Notes: generated by a model from the letters alone, not told the origin. DNA of 64,000 nt from an uncultured Methanolobus sp. (GCA_963675495.1 OY776215.1:1184001-1248000); one strand, 5' to 3'. Shown: positions 40,571 to 51,864, counted from the stretch's first letter. Numbers and translations: made by a program.

Positions 40571-43227
40571 TTATGAAAGCTCATTTTCAACAAAAATTAT
40601 GTTTTCATTTAAATCGATGTTTTGATAGACTTCTTTTGACCTTCCATCATACATCATATTGAAATAGTAATTAGTAGGGAGCAACTCTTTGCTGACAGTT
40701 CCGTTCACAGTGGAACCGAAATCATACCAGCTACCTGAATAGTAGTTTACAACACCAGTATCAACATGAAAACCATCCACATCAACAAATTCAACTGTCG
40801 TGTTAACGGTCTGGAAATGCACGACAGGATCAACGGAAATATCCTGATACGTTTGAACGGATGCGTGACCATAACTAAGGTCGAAATAGTAAGTAGTAGG
40901 AAGCAGCTCTTTGCTCACACTACCATTAACAGTAGAACCAAAGTCATACCAGGTACCTGAATGATATCGGACGGTATCGGAATCAAGTGGAGAACCAGTA
41001 CTGTCAACAAACTCAACAGTTGTGTTAACGGTCTGGAAATGCACGACAGGATCAACGGAAATATCCTGATACGTTTGAACGGATGCGTGACCATAACTAA
41101 GGTCGAAATAGTAAGCAGCAGGAAGCAGCTCTTTGCTCACACTACCATTAACAGTAGAACCAAAGTCATACCAGGTACCTGAATGATATCGGACGGTATC
41201 GGAATCAAGTGGTGAGCCAGTACTGTCAACAAACTCAACAGTTGTGTTAACGGTCTGGAAATGCACGACAGGATCAACGGAAATATCCTGATACGTTTGA
41301 ACGGATGCGTGACCATAAGTTAGGTCGAAATAGTAAGCAGCAGGAAGCAGTTCCTTGATAACTGTACCGTTTACAGTAGAACCGAAATCATACCATCCAC
41401 CTGAATGATATCGGACGGTATCGGAATCAAGTGGTGAACCAGTACTGTCAACAAACTCAACAGTTGTGTTAACGGTCTGGAAATGCACGATGGGATCAAC
41501 GGAAATATCCTGATACGTTTGAACGGATGCGTGACCATAAGTTAGGTCGAAATAGTAAGCAGCAGGAAGCAGTTCCTTGATAACTGTACCGTTTACAGTA
41601 GAACCGAAATCATACCATCCACCTGAATAATAACGAACATTGTCAGAATCAAGTGGTGAGCCAGTACTGTCAACAAACTCAACTGTCGTGTTAACGGTCT
41701 GGAAATGCACGATGGGATCAACGGAAACATCCTGATACGTTTGAACGGATGCGTGACCATAAGTTAGGTCGAAATAGTAAGCAGCAGGAAGCAGTTCCTT
41801 GATAACTGTACCGTTCACAGTGGAACCGAAACCATGCCATCCACCTGAATAATAACGAACATTGTCAGAATCAAGTGGAGAAACAGTACTGTCAACAAAC
41901 TCAACTGTCGTGTTAACGGTCTGGAAATTCACGATAGGATCAACGGAAACATCCTGATACGTTTGAACGGATGCGTGACCATAAGTTAGGTCGAAATAGT
42001 AAGCAGCAGGAAGCAGTTCCTTGATAACTGTACCGTTCACAGTGGAACCGAAACCATGCCATCCACCTGAATAATAACGAACATTGTCAGAATCAAGTGG
42101 TGAGCCAGTACTGTCAACAAACTCAACAGTTGTGTTAACGGTCTGGAAATGCACAACAGGGTCAACGGAAATATCCTGATACGTTTGAACGGATGCGTGA
42201 CCATAAGTTAGGTCGAAATAGTAGCAGCAGGAAGCAGTTCCTTGATAACTGTACCGTTTACAGTAGAACCGAAACCATGCCATCCATCTGAATAATAACG
42301 AACATTGTCAGAATCAAGTGGTGAGCCAGTACTGTCAACAAACTCAATTGTTGTGTTAATTGTCTGGAAAATTACAGCCCGCTCTGAAGAAAGATCCTGA
42401 TACTTCGTTAATGAGCTGTTTGCATATTTCATGCGGAAAGTGTAACTTTTCATGACCAGATTGGTAGTAACATATCCTTCTGTACCAGTAGTTCCAAGAG
42501 ATTTCCATTCTCCATCATAGTACTCCACAAGACCACCCGATAATGGGATGTCATTGCTGCTTACCAGATAGATAAATGTACGGTCATCTGCCTCTGATCC
42601 GACTTCTGAAACTACTTTATCAGAGTCAATAACCGGATTTATAACAGGAGCTAATTCAGATGCTGTTTCTAAGCGAGGGAGCAAATCAATTTCGACTGCA
42701 CTTTGGGCAAGCATCTCACCATCCAACATGAGTTTTACCATAGTTGTGTATGAACATGCCTCACCCGAGTAAAATGAATGAGAAATCATTATTCCAGACT
42801 CAATGTCCTCTGTAATGACCAGATCACTGCCATCACCAAAGTCCCAAAATACTTGAAGACCTGGATTTTCCCATTTATCCTTATCGCATTCAATGTTTAA
42901 TATGAAAGGAACTACTGTTTGCTCACCCCCACCAGTTGTAAAGTTGCCATTCTCGAGTGAGAGTGAAAAAGTGAATTCAATGTCTTCCTGATAGTGAATA
43001 TCTTTTTTATCTGCGGAAGTTGAAAAGATTTCTGATTCGGAATAGTTCTGGGAGATAGAAGCAAATCTATCTTCATTGTTGAATGAAGAAAACTTTTCTC
43101 CACTGACTTTCACAGAGTTACCATTCATATCTACTGAATAAAACGCCCCGGTAAATATAATAAAAGCCAGAAGAACACTAGTAAATACCAAAACTGCAGA
43201 TGCAAGTAGTTTTTCTTTTCCAGCCAT
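40571..43227 (-). pseudogene. frameshifted membrane-anchored surface protein (TM, PKD-like domain, about 9 x 74-aa repeats), split into ORFs 42208-43287 and 40571-42283
   Basis: Unit at 42221 reads gtagcagc where the corresponding units read gtaagcagc (1-bp deletion near 42223); WDFGDG PKD motif; N-terminal TM. Confidence 0.8.
40600..42480. repeat. 222-bp tandem repeat array
   Basis: atgcgtgacc at 40861, 41083, 41305, 41527, 41749, 41971 and 42193 (period 222), plus degenerate terminal units. Confidence 0.95.
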
Positions 43228-43674
43228 AAAGATCAGCTCATTCTTCGCGATATATGTTCTTTCAAAGAACATTACAGACGTATTCACATAGAATGTGTTA
43301 CATGTATATAAATAATACTATACAAAAAAATAATATTAAAACACCATAACCAACACCATACGAAGTATAATAATAAAATTATAACTGTGCACCATACACA
43401 CAAATAATGACTTTCGGATACATTTTTGGAAAACAGAACACAGAAAAACTAAGGCAAATCCGTATCCTTTATTAAGGTTGTTATTTATTAAACCCAATAT
43501 AATCAAAGAAATGATCCAAATTGCATGATGTTGAAGGTTTTCAAGTACTGTTTAGAACATTTACCTAACATTAGGTACCGTTTCACAAAGAGTACGCAAG
43601 GTTAATATTCAGATTTGATCAATAGACTTTGGGAAAATAATGACGATTTAGTCCAGCGTTAAAAGGTGCGAGCA

Positions 43675-46563
43675 ATGGAAGAAGAATATAATGCACAGAA
43701 AATAGAGAACAAATGGCAAAGCCGTTGGAATGAAAGCAGGATATTCGAGCCTGAACCTGATGAAAGGGAAAAATACTTCATAACTATCCCGTACCCATAC
43801 TTGAACGGAAATTTACACGCCGGACACACAAGAACATTCACTATCGGAGATGTCATAGCCAGGCACAAAAGAATGCTTGGATATAATGTACTCTACCCAA
43901 TGGGATTCCACGTTACAGGAACACCTATTGTAGGACTTGCAGAACTTATTGCAAACAAGGATCCACAGACAATGGATGTCTATTCCCGTCTTCACAGGAT
44001 ACCTGATGACATACTGGAAAACCTCACAACTCCTGAAAAAATAGTGGAGTATTTCAGTGTGGAAGCGGAAAAAGCAATGCGTTCAATTGGTTATTCAATT
44101 GACTGGAGACGCAAGTTCACAACCACCGATGAAACGTACAAGAAATTCATCGAATGGCAATTCAATCTCCTTCATGAAAAAGGAATGATCGTAAAAGGTG
44201 CACATCCTGTAAAATGGTGCCCTAATGATGATAATCCTGTAGAGGATCATGACATACTTCACGGAGAGGAAGCTACCATCGTAGACTTCACCCTGATGAA
44301 ATTCAGATATGATGGCATGGTACTTCCATGTGCAACTCTCAGGCCTGAGACTATTTTTGGCGTTACCAACCTCTGGGTGAACCCGGACATAGAACATGTA
44401 AAACTTAAGGTCACAAAAGATGAACGTGAAGAGATATGGGTAGTAAGCCAGGAAGCTTACAGAAAGCTCACCTTTACCGACAGGACCATTGAGTTCATAG
44501 AGAACGTACCTGGCAAAGACCTCATAGGCATCAAAGTGACAAATCCACTATCTGGAAATGAAGTAATAACACTACCAGCATCTTTTGTTAAAGCAGAAAA
44601 TGGCAGCGGCATCGTTATGAGCGTGCCTGCCCACGCACCTTATGATTACCTGGCACTCAAAGATCTTTATGACAAGGACCTGTCTGAATACGGAATTACA
44701 GAGAATCTAAGGGACATCAAACTCATTTCACTTATCCAGGCCAAGGAATTTGGGGAATATCCGGCAGTAGAAGCGGTTGAACAATTTGGTGTAAAGGACC
44801 AAAAAGACCCTAAGGCCGAAGAAGCCACAAAGATGGTGTATCGTCGTGAGTTCCATGGTGGTGTTCTGAAAGAGAACACCGGAAAGTACGCTGGTGTAGC
44901 AGTTTCCAAAATAAAGGACATACTTACAAGAGACCTTATTGAACAAGGTATAGGAGAGGTGTTCTATGAATTCAGTGAACCTGTTGTATGTCGCTGTGGA
45001 ACCCCATGTGTTGTCAATATGGTCAAAGGACAATGGTTCCTCAATTATTCTAACCCACAGTGGAAAGACAAGGTCTACAAATGTATTAAGGGAATGGACA
45101 TCATCCCAGAGGAAATAAGAGTTGAGTTCAACAACAAGGTAGACTGGCTTAAAGACAAAGCATGCGCCAGGAAAAAAGGACTTGGTACCAGACTTCCATT
45201 CGATACGAACTGGCTTATTGAATCTCTTGGAGATTCAACCATTTACATGTCATACTACATAACGAACAAATTCTTTGCACAGGGAATCGATGTAGACCAG
45301 CTGACCCCTGCACTCTTTGACTATGTACTGCTTGGCAAAGGATCCGTACAGCAAGCAGCAGTTGACACCGGACTTACGGAAGTGATCATTGCAAACATCA
45401 AGTCTGATTTTGACTACTGGTATCCTGTGGACCTGAGATCTTCAGGAAAAGACCTTGTGCCAAATCACCTCTTGTTCTTCCTGTTCCACCATGTTGCAAT
45501 ATTTGATGAAGACAGATGGCCACGCGCTCTTGCAGTGAATGGATTTGTGTCCCTCGAAGGGCAGAAGATGAGTAAATCCAAGGGCCCGATACTTACACTT
45601 AGAGAAGCCGTTGACACCTATGGTGCTGATGTTTCACGTATGTACATTCTTTCAAGCGCAGAACAAACCCAGGATGCCGACTGGAGAGATGACGGAGTAA
45701 AAAGCTCAAGAAAGCAGGTGGAAAGGTTCTACAAACTTGCAAATGAAATAATAGATTCAGGTGCAACATCCGGCATTGATGATGATCTCAAACTCATTGA
45801 CCGCTGGATGCTCAGCAGGCTCCAGCAGTGTGTCAGAGAAACAAACAATGACATGACATCAATTCGCACAAGAAGTGCGCTCCAAAATTCATTTTTCCTC
45901 CTCTACAACGATGTGAAATGGTACCAGAGAAGAGGGGGGACAGCGCTTCTCTACGATGTGCTCGATGTATGGGTACGCCTGATGGCTCCTTTCACACCCC
46001 ACATATGCGAAGAAATATGGACCAATATGGGCCATGGTGATGGTGACTTTGTATCCCAGGCAGCATATCCGATATTCTGCCCAAGGTTCATAGACAACGA
46101 TGCCGAACTTGCGGAAGAACTGATGTGTAGCACGCTTTCTGATATTGAGGAGATCATTAAGGTCACAAAGATAAAACCTAAGATGATAGCTCTTTACACT
46201 GCACCTGATTGGAAAGTTAAAACTTTCAAGATGGCGCTTGAAATGAAGAACAATGACGAGCTCAACCCGGGAAAGCTCATAAAGACATTGATGTCTGATC
46301 CCGAGAACCGAAGACATGGAAAGGAGATACCAAAATATGTCCAGAAGCTCGTACCGGATATTTCCAGTATGAAGACTGAAAGGTTCGAGATGCTTCTTGG
46401 AATGCGCCTTGACGAGATGACAGTCCTTCAAGAGAACACGGGCTGTATTTCAAACGAGATCGGTTGTCCGATACAGGTTTATACGGCTGATGAACCGGAG
46501 TATGACCCGGAAAATAAATCAAGGTTTGCAGCTCCCCTCAGACCTGCCATCTATCTTGAATAA
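43675..46563 (+). CDS. leuS: leucine--tRNA ligase (archaeal type)
   Basis: PYPYLNGNLHAGH, ATLRPET editing domain, SGKDL, KMSKS. Confidence 0.97.
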   Translation: MEEEYNAQKIENKWQSRWNESRIFEPEPDEREKYFITIPYPYLNGNLHAGHTRTFTIGDVIARHKRMLGYNVLYPMGFHVTGTPIVGLAELIANKDPQTMDVYSRLHRIPDDILENLTTPEKIVEYFSVEAEKAMRSIGYSIDWRRKFTTTDETYKKFIEWQFNLLHEKGMIVKGAHPVKWCPNDDNPVEDHDILHGEEATIVDFTLMKFRYDGMVLPCATLRPETIFGVTNLWVNPDIEHVKLKVTKDEREEIWVVSQEAYRKLTFTDRTIEFIENVPGKDLIGIKVTNPLSGNEVITLPASFVKAENGSGIVMSVPAHAPYDYLALKDLYDKDLSEYGITENLRDIKLISLIQAKEFGEYPAVEAVEQFGVKDQKDPKAEEATKMVYRREFHGGVLKENTGKYAGVAVSKIKDILTRDLIEQGIGEVFYEFSEPVVCRCGTPCVVNMVKGQWFLNYSNPQWKDKVYKCIKGMDIIPEEIRVEFNNKVDWLKDKACARKKGLGTRLPFDTNWLIESLGDSTIYMSYYITNKFFAQGIDVDQLTPALFDYVLLGKGSVQQAAVDTGLTEVIIANIKSDFDYWYPVDLRSSGKDLVPNHLLFFLFHHVAIFDEDRWPRALAVNGFVSLEGQKMSKSKGPILTLREAVDTYGADVSRMYILSSAEQTQDADWRDDGVKSSRKQVERFYKLANEIIDSGATSGIDDDLKLIDRWMLSRLQQCVRETNNDMTSIRTRSALQNSFFLLYNDVKWYQRRGGTALLYDVLDVWVRLMAPFTPHICEEIWTNMGHGDGDFVSQAAYPIFCPRFIDNDAELAEELMCSTLSDIEEIIKVTKIKPKMIALYTAPDWKVKTFKMALEMKNNDELNPGKLIKTLMSDPENRRHGKEIPKYVQKLVPDISSMKTERFEMLLGMRLDEMTVLQENTGCISNEIGCPIQVYTADEPEYDPENKSRFAAPLRPAIYLE

Positions 46564-46578
46564 ATGAATTTGTGGTTG

Positions 46579-46610
46579 CTGGCACCTGAAAGCCAGTTTT
46601 TACTTTTTTC
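46579..46610 (+). terminator. leuS terminator
   Basis: CTGGC..GCCAG hairpin followed by T-tracts. Confidence 0.5.
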
Positions 46611-46705
46611 TATAATGGCAAAGAAGGAATATAGCCTGCCATGATGACCTTTTTTATGATAATTTCAATGCCATCCCAGGCAATTCAAATATCAGCTACA
46701 CATTT

Positions 46706-47872
46706 GTGATGGCCGATGATTACATGGAAGTCTTTGAACTGGTTCAGAGTAGAAAAACTGATGCAGGGATAATCGCAAAATCCTATGCAAAAGAGCATGA
46801 AGCACAGTATGATGTGGAAAATATACCTTTCGTCATAGCCCCTAATGACATGGTTTTTGCATTGTCTAATAATTCAGATAATGAAATTGCCAGGACGATA
46901 GACGAAAATATTCTCCAGATGGTAGTTGAAGACGGAATCGTATATTACGCTTCATCGGAAACAAGCGAATTGAACCTGACCACATGGGAAAGTCCTTCAT
47001 GGCTGAAATTATCTGTTAGTATTGGCGGTGGATTTCTTTTATTGTTTGTAATATTGAGCCTGACCCTGCGTAACAAAGTGGACGAGAAAAACACAGAACT
47101 TAATTCAAAGAACAGGGAACTGGAAGTAGAGATCAGGGAGAGGAAAATAGCAGAGGAAAAGTTGAAACAATACTCCCTTGAGTTGAAACACTCAAAAGAG
47201 CTCAAAGATCCCTTCACAGACATACTCAGGCACGACCTTATAAACCCTGCCACCGTCATCAAAGGCTATGTTGAACACCTCATAGAAGTGAAGAACGAAA
47301 GTCAGAAAGAAGATGCTTTGAAGGCAATTGAAAGAAATAACAAAAAACTCATAGGCCTTATTGAGAATGCTGCAAATCTAGCCAAGATCGAGAACATGGA
47401 TGAACTTGATTTTGAAACTGTGGATTTGAAAGAGATCATTGAAGAAATAATGGATAAACTCAAACCAAAGATGGACTATAAGGACATGAAAGTGATTTTC
47501 AATCCGACAGGTGAGTATCCAGCAGATGTTTATACGACTATAGAGGATGTTTTTTCAAACCTTATAGGGAATTCCACAAAATACAGTCCTTCAGGAAGTA
47601 CGATCACAATAAATATTGATGATCTTGAGGATTTATGGAAAATATCCATAACATATGAAGGTGAGGGAATATCTAATAAAGATAAACCCCATATTTTTGA
47701 CAGGTTCAAAAGGGCACACAAAGTAAATGTAAAAGGCTCAGGTCTTGGACTTGCCATAGTCAAACGTATAATAGAACTGCATGAAGGAAGCGTGGGAATT
47801 GAGGATGGACCTGATGGAAAAGGAACAAAATTCAATGTGCTCCTGAAAAAAGCAATTATCGAGAAAAGATAA
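46706..47872 (+). CDS. sensor histidine kinase with truncated periplasmic-binding-type domain and TM; probably decaying
   Basis: RHDLINP H-box, GSGLGL; G1 box reads YEGEG; no signal peptide or first half of the sensor domain. Confidence 0.7.
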   Translation: MMADDYMEVFELVQSRKTDAGIIAKSYAKEHEAQYDVENIPFVIAPNDMVFALSNNSDNEIARTIDENILQMVVEDGIVYYASSETSELNLTTWESPSWLKLSVSIGGGFLLLFVILSLTLRNKVDEKNTELNSKNRELEVEIRERKIAEEKLKQYSLELKHSKELKDPFTDILRHDLINPATVIKGYVEHLIEVKNESQKEDALKAIERNNKKLIGLIENAANLAKIENMDELDFETVDLKEIIEEIMDKLKPKMDYKDMKVIFNPTGEYPADVYTTIEDVFSNLIGNSTKYSPSGSTITINIDDLEDLWKISITYEGEGISNKDKPHIFDRFKRAHKVNVKGSGLGLAIVKRIIELHEGSVGIEDGPDGKGTKFNVLLKKAIIEKR

Positions 47873-47880
47873 TTAGTACC

Positions 47881-48672
47881 TCAATAGATGTCTGGGCGCC
47901 TGTCTTCCAGTACAGGGATCATTTCCCTTACTTTCTGAGCTGTTTCAAATTCAATGTCATCCAAAATCACACACTCCATGTCATATGCTTCTGTTTTCAC
48001 ATCACCCAGAGCGTCGATTATTATGGAACCTCCAAAGAAAGAGGAATCCGGGTCATTCCCTACCCTATTGCATGCAATGTGAGGTATCTGGTTCTCAATT
48101 GAACGGGCTATTGCAAGTGACTTCCATATATGCCCCCGCGGTGAAGGAAACTCGGCAATGGTAACAAGTAGGTCAGAGCCTTCAAGAACAAGTTTCCTGG
48201 CAACTTCAGGAAATCGTATTTCATAACATATCTGAAGACCAACTGTAATCTCCCGTTTAACCAGTCTGACGGGATGAATTTCACTTCCTGATGAAAAATA
48301 CTGTTTTTCCCTTTTGAAAGGATGTGTTTTACGATACTTTCCTGCGATTTCTCCATCTTCAATGCACAAACCCAGATTATAATAATTAAAATCATCTTCA
48401 GCATCTTTCTTTTCTATTAAGGAAAAAATAAGGACGCATTGATGTTTTCTTGAGAACTCGCACATTTTCCGTACAGTTTCACCGTTCTCTGGCTCAGCAG
48501 AGTTATCCATATCCTCATAACAGAAACCTGTTGAAAACACTTCAGGAAATATCAGAATATCGGCGCCTTTTGTCAGAGCTTCTCGTGCCATGAAAAAAGC
48601 TTTTGAAATGTTTGCTTCTTTTTCGCAATGGAGTACATCCATCTGTATACAGGCCACTTTTACAGTATTCAT
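47881..48672 (-). CDS. carbon-nitrogen hydrolase (nitrilase/omega-amidase family)
   Basis: FPE, YRKTH, ICYEIRFPE catalytic triad, ARSIENQ. Confidence 0.9.
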   Translation of the reverse strand: MNTVKVACIQMDVLHCEKEANISKAFFMAREALTKGADILIFPEVFSTGFCYEDMDNSAEPENGETVRKMCEFSRKHQCVLIFSLIEKKDAEDDFNYYNLGLCIEDGEIAGKYRKTHPFKREKQYFSSGSEIHPVRLVKREITVGLQICYEIRFPEVARKLVLEGSDLLVTIAEFPSPRGHIWKSLAIARSIENQIPHIACNRVGNDPDSSFFGGSIIIDALGDVKTEAYDMECVILDDIEFETAQKVREMIPVLEDRRPDIY

Positions 48673-48744
48673 AAAAAACAAAACCTTTTCAACCTATTTT
48701 ATGAATCAATGTATTATTTGTTATTAAGCACCAAAGAGGATAGT

Positions 48745-49356
48745 TTATCCAAAATCCGTAATGGAAGTGGATTTTGTTTTAGGAATAAGGCCACCCAGGT
48801 CAACAGAACTCCTTACTATTTTGAAAAGTATACAATTGGAATTCTTTACGATTTCCTCAGTCACATTTTTAATTTCATAAGCAGGCTCCCCTAAGGGAAT
48901 TTTAATTTTTGTGATGCCTGCAGCATATTCCTTTGGATTTTTGTCCGTCGGACTGATAGCACAGTTTACTGAAGCAATATAATCAGTCAGGCTTTTTCCA
49001 CTCAAGCCCATTCTAATGAACTCTTCCTTAAATACAGGCCTGTCAAGTGTTCTTGATAAAACATAAGTTGCAACAGGAATCATCAAAAATGGTTCAATAT
49101 GTTTTATCTGTTCGGCAATGAGGGAATATATATCCTCATTGTCACTTTGTTCGGTTTCCACAATGCTATAAACTTTAGAAGGAGGAATCTCAACTTCATT
49201 CAATATATTGAGATCCTTCAGAGCCCGCAGGTAGCCAGTCATTACAAGACGGTGCTCATCCATTCCCCTGTCTTTCAGTTCACGTGTAACACCACTGATA
49301 GATAGCTGTCTGCCTTTAAGAATTTCGTTGACGAATAGATAAATAGTATCAGACAT
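48745..49356 (-). CDS. hypothetical protein with probable N-terminal winged helix
   Basis: LSISGVTRELK...HRLVMTGYLRAL..L..L; ATG 49356 preferred over the ORF-track start 49479. Confidence 0.6.
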   Translation of the reverse strand: MSDTIYLFVNEILKGRQLSISGVTRELKDRGMDEHRLVMTGYLRALKDLNILNEVEIPPSKVYSIVETEQSDNEDIYSLIAEQIKHIEPFLMIPVATYVLSRTLDRPVFKEEFIRMGLSGKSLTDYIASVNCAISPTDKNPKEYAAGITKIKIPLGEPAYEIKNVTEEIVKNSNCILFKIVRSSVDLGGLIPKTKSTSITDFG

Positions 49357-49923
49357 ATTAACTGCACCATAATTGATAACAAACCTGATATATTTAGCGG
49401 TACTTCCCAAATAAAATTTACAATCACCATATATACAGGTAGATTTAAAAGCAATAGTGACGTTATAAGAGTCCCTCATAGTCTGATGGAAACTATATCA
49501 CTAATGACTTATCATGATATTAATCCGGTAAATAAAAATGTGTCCCCCTGTTAGCATGAAATGAACATGTGGAAGTATTTATTTGACTCATCTGTAAGCC
49601 ATTAATATCACGAACACATATACCATATGGCTAAAGTTGATATACTTCCACCTTTTGTGATACCTTTAGGAGGACGTTCATTATGTACTGTAGATGAAGC
49701 TGTTTCCTAAGGCAAAATTGCAAAAGAGAATACAGGTATTTGTGGATGCTACCATAGCATTTACAATTGTGACCCAGACGTTGCATGAGAAAATAAGAAC
49801 CAGCCACATAAAAAATCTTCTTTCAACAGGAAGAAAAGGCTGATATCTATTTCGAAACTTTATGAAATCACAACACATTTATTAGGTTAAACCTCAATAT
49901 AATAGGTACTAAAATAGACAATA

Positions 49924-49940
49924 GGTAGTCAGTGACTACC
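49924..49940 (+). promoter_or_regulatory. perfect palindrome upstream of regulator operon
   Basis: GGTAGTCA-G-TGACTACC about 20 nt downstream of a TATAATA element. Confidence 0.45.
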
Positions 49941-50011
49941 CACATGAACAAGTGAAGAAGTTCAAATGTGGCTATTTATACCAGATCCGTTGACATAGAC
50001 GAGGTAATCAA

Positions 50012-50527
50012 ATGAGTAAACGAACAAGAATTATTAATGACCCCTCCGAACTCGTACCTCTGCTTCAGGTTTTTGGATCCCAGAGACACAAAAAAGTATT
50101 TGATTCACTTCTGAACCTATGGATGACTAAGGAAGAACTTGAGGAGCTTTTAGGTACCGATGTTACTAAAAGCATCAATATTCTCAAGAAAAGCGGTTTG
50201 ATAGAAAGCCAGTGGCATATGCCGGAACCTGGCAAGACCCCTGAAAAGGAATACCGTTCATCCTATTCTAAAGTCCAGACAAATTTCCAATGCTCTTTCG
50301 AAGACATGAGTGACATTATTATGCTCACTTTTATGCCCTATGAAGAAGTGAAGGATGCCATTGAAGAACTTGAGAAGTTAGTTGAACAGGGAAACGATTC
50401 TATGAGCAGTCTTACAAGAGCATTGAGCAAGAGTCCGTTATACATTCGAGCGGTTGCCCGCAGGTCTGATAAACTCACGGTCATGGGACAAAGACTCAAG
50501 GTACTTCAGGGCGGAGAAGCAGAATGA
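50012..50527 (+). CDS. ArsR-like winged-helix transcriptional regulator
   Basis: INDPSELVPLL, LKKSGLIESQW.MPEPG..PEKEY. Confidence 0.7.
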   Translation: MSKRTRIINDPSELVPLLQVFGSQRHKKVFDSLLNLWMTKEELEELLGTDVTKSINILKKSGLIESQWHMPEPGKTPEKEYRSSYSKVQTNFQCSFEDMSDIIMLTFMPYEEVKDAIEELEKLVEQGNDSMSSLTRALSKSPLYIRAVARRSDKLTVMGQRLKVLQGGEAE

Positions 50528-51312
50528 TAGAACTTCTTCATAGCAAAAGTGGCATCACCAAATTCCAGATACTTATAGAAGTAGCTGCACATCAACCTAA
50601 TGTACGACAGAAGGAAATTGCTGAAAAAATAGGAGTTACACCTCAGGCAGTATCCGAATACATCAAAGAACTCGTCGCAGAAGGTTTAGTCTATTCTGAA
50701 GGGAGAGTTCGCTACAGAATTACAAAAGTAGGTGTTGAATGGGTACTTGAAAATGCTGCAGACATGAAGAGATATGCACGCTACGTAATGAGCGATATAA
50801 TAAGCCATGTATCTACCTGGACTGCAATTGCCGAGGAAGACCTTGAAAAAGGAAAAGAGGTCTACCTTAAAATGGATAATGGTTTACTTTATGTGAGTAC
50901 AACTGGTGTGACTAACGCAACAGGAACAACAATTTCAAGTGCAAAGAAAGGTGACGATGTAGGTGTTACTGACCTAATGGGCCTTATTGATCTTGAGAAT
51001 GCAAGCATTACAATTTGCAAGATACCAAGAGTTGAGCGGGGTGGATCACATAATGTTGATCTAGAGCGTTTAAGGTCCCTTGCTAAATCCAAATCATATA
51101 TTGCAACAGTGGGGGTTGAGTCACTTATATCCCTGAGAAGAATCGGCCTTGAACCCCACGTAATGTTCGGGGCAAAAGAATCGGTCATTGAAGCCGCATA
51201 TCATGGCGTATCTTCACTTGTGCTTGCCATTGATGAAGAAGTACCAACCATTCTGAGCAGGCTTGAAGCTGAAGATCTCGAATATGAACTTGTCGACCTT
51301 AGTATACAATGA
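50524..51312 (+). CDS. MarR-like winged-helix transcriptional regulator
   Basis: RQKEIAEKIGVTPQAVSEYIKEL HTH; ATGA overlap with upstream gene. Confidence 0.8.
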   Translation: MIELLHSKSGITKFQILIEVAAHQPNVRQKEIAEKIGVTPQAVSEYIKELVAEGLVYSEGRVRYRITKVGVEWVLENAADMKRYARYVMSDIISHVSTWTAIAEEDLEKGKEVYLKMDNGLLYVSTTGVTNATGTTISSAKKGDDVGVTDLMGLIDLENASITICKIPRVERGGSHNVDLERLRSLAKSKSYIATVGVESLISLRRIGLEPHVMFGAKESVIEAAYHGVSSLVLAIDEEVPTILSRLEAEDLEYELVDLSIQ

Positions 51313-51330
51313 CCGGATGAAGATGATCTT

Positions 51331-51864
51331 ATGAGAATTATACTGATATCGGACACGCATTTAGAAACTGACAGTATTCCTGCGTATCTATCTGATGTTT
51401 TCAACCAGTATGACATGATAGTCCATGCTGGAGATTTTGATTCATTATCTTTTTTCAAAGCACTCAATGCTACAGGGAAACTAAAAGCAGTGCATGGAAA
51501 TTCCGACGAACCTGCCGTAAAAGAACTCCTCCCGGAAAAACTCGTCTTTGAAGTAGAAGGAATTAAGATAGGAGTTATTCATGAAGCTGCGCTTTCTATT
51601 GTCGATTACACTGCAACAAGATATATGGCTCTTGAAATGGGAGTAGATGTTCTTGTATTCGGACATCTCCACAGACCAATTATTGAAAAAAGTGATGTTC
51701 TCATTGTTTGTCCGGGATCACCTACAAAACCGAGGATGTCTGATCCATGTGCAGTTGAACTGAAAATTAAAAATGGCTCAATAGAAACAAAGATTATACC
51801 GATAACAGGCCAATCCTGTGGATATATTGACTTTTCCCGCAAACTTGGCGAGGACAGCAAGTAA
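51331..51864 (+). CDS. metallophosphoesterase (YfcE/MJ0936 family)
   Basis: SDTH, HAGD, GNSD, FGHLH, PGS. Confidence 0.9.
   Translation: MRIILISDTHLETDSIPAYLSDVFNQYDMIVHAGDFDSLSFFKALNATGKLKAVHGNSDEPAVKELLPEKLVFEVEGIKIGVIHEAALSIVDYTATRYMALEMGVDVLVFGHLHRPIIEKSDVLIVCPGSPTKPRMSDPCAVELKIKNGSIETKIIPITGQSCGYIDFSRKLGEDSK

Noticed and set aside
40600-42480. 222-bp array as a CRISPR array or DGR template/variable repeats
   Set aside because: Units are contiguous, in-frame and coding with no unique spacers; no cas or reverse transcriptase gene in the window; differences are not adenine-specific
49627-49878. Short ORFs or a possible gene remnant in the large spacer
   Set aside because: Fragments of 27-65 aa in several frames with no recognisable motif; cannot be supported without a homology search
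49880-49900. DtxR-like iron box TTAGGTTAAACCTC
   Set aside because: Only a half-site match in AT-rich DNA
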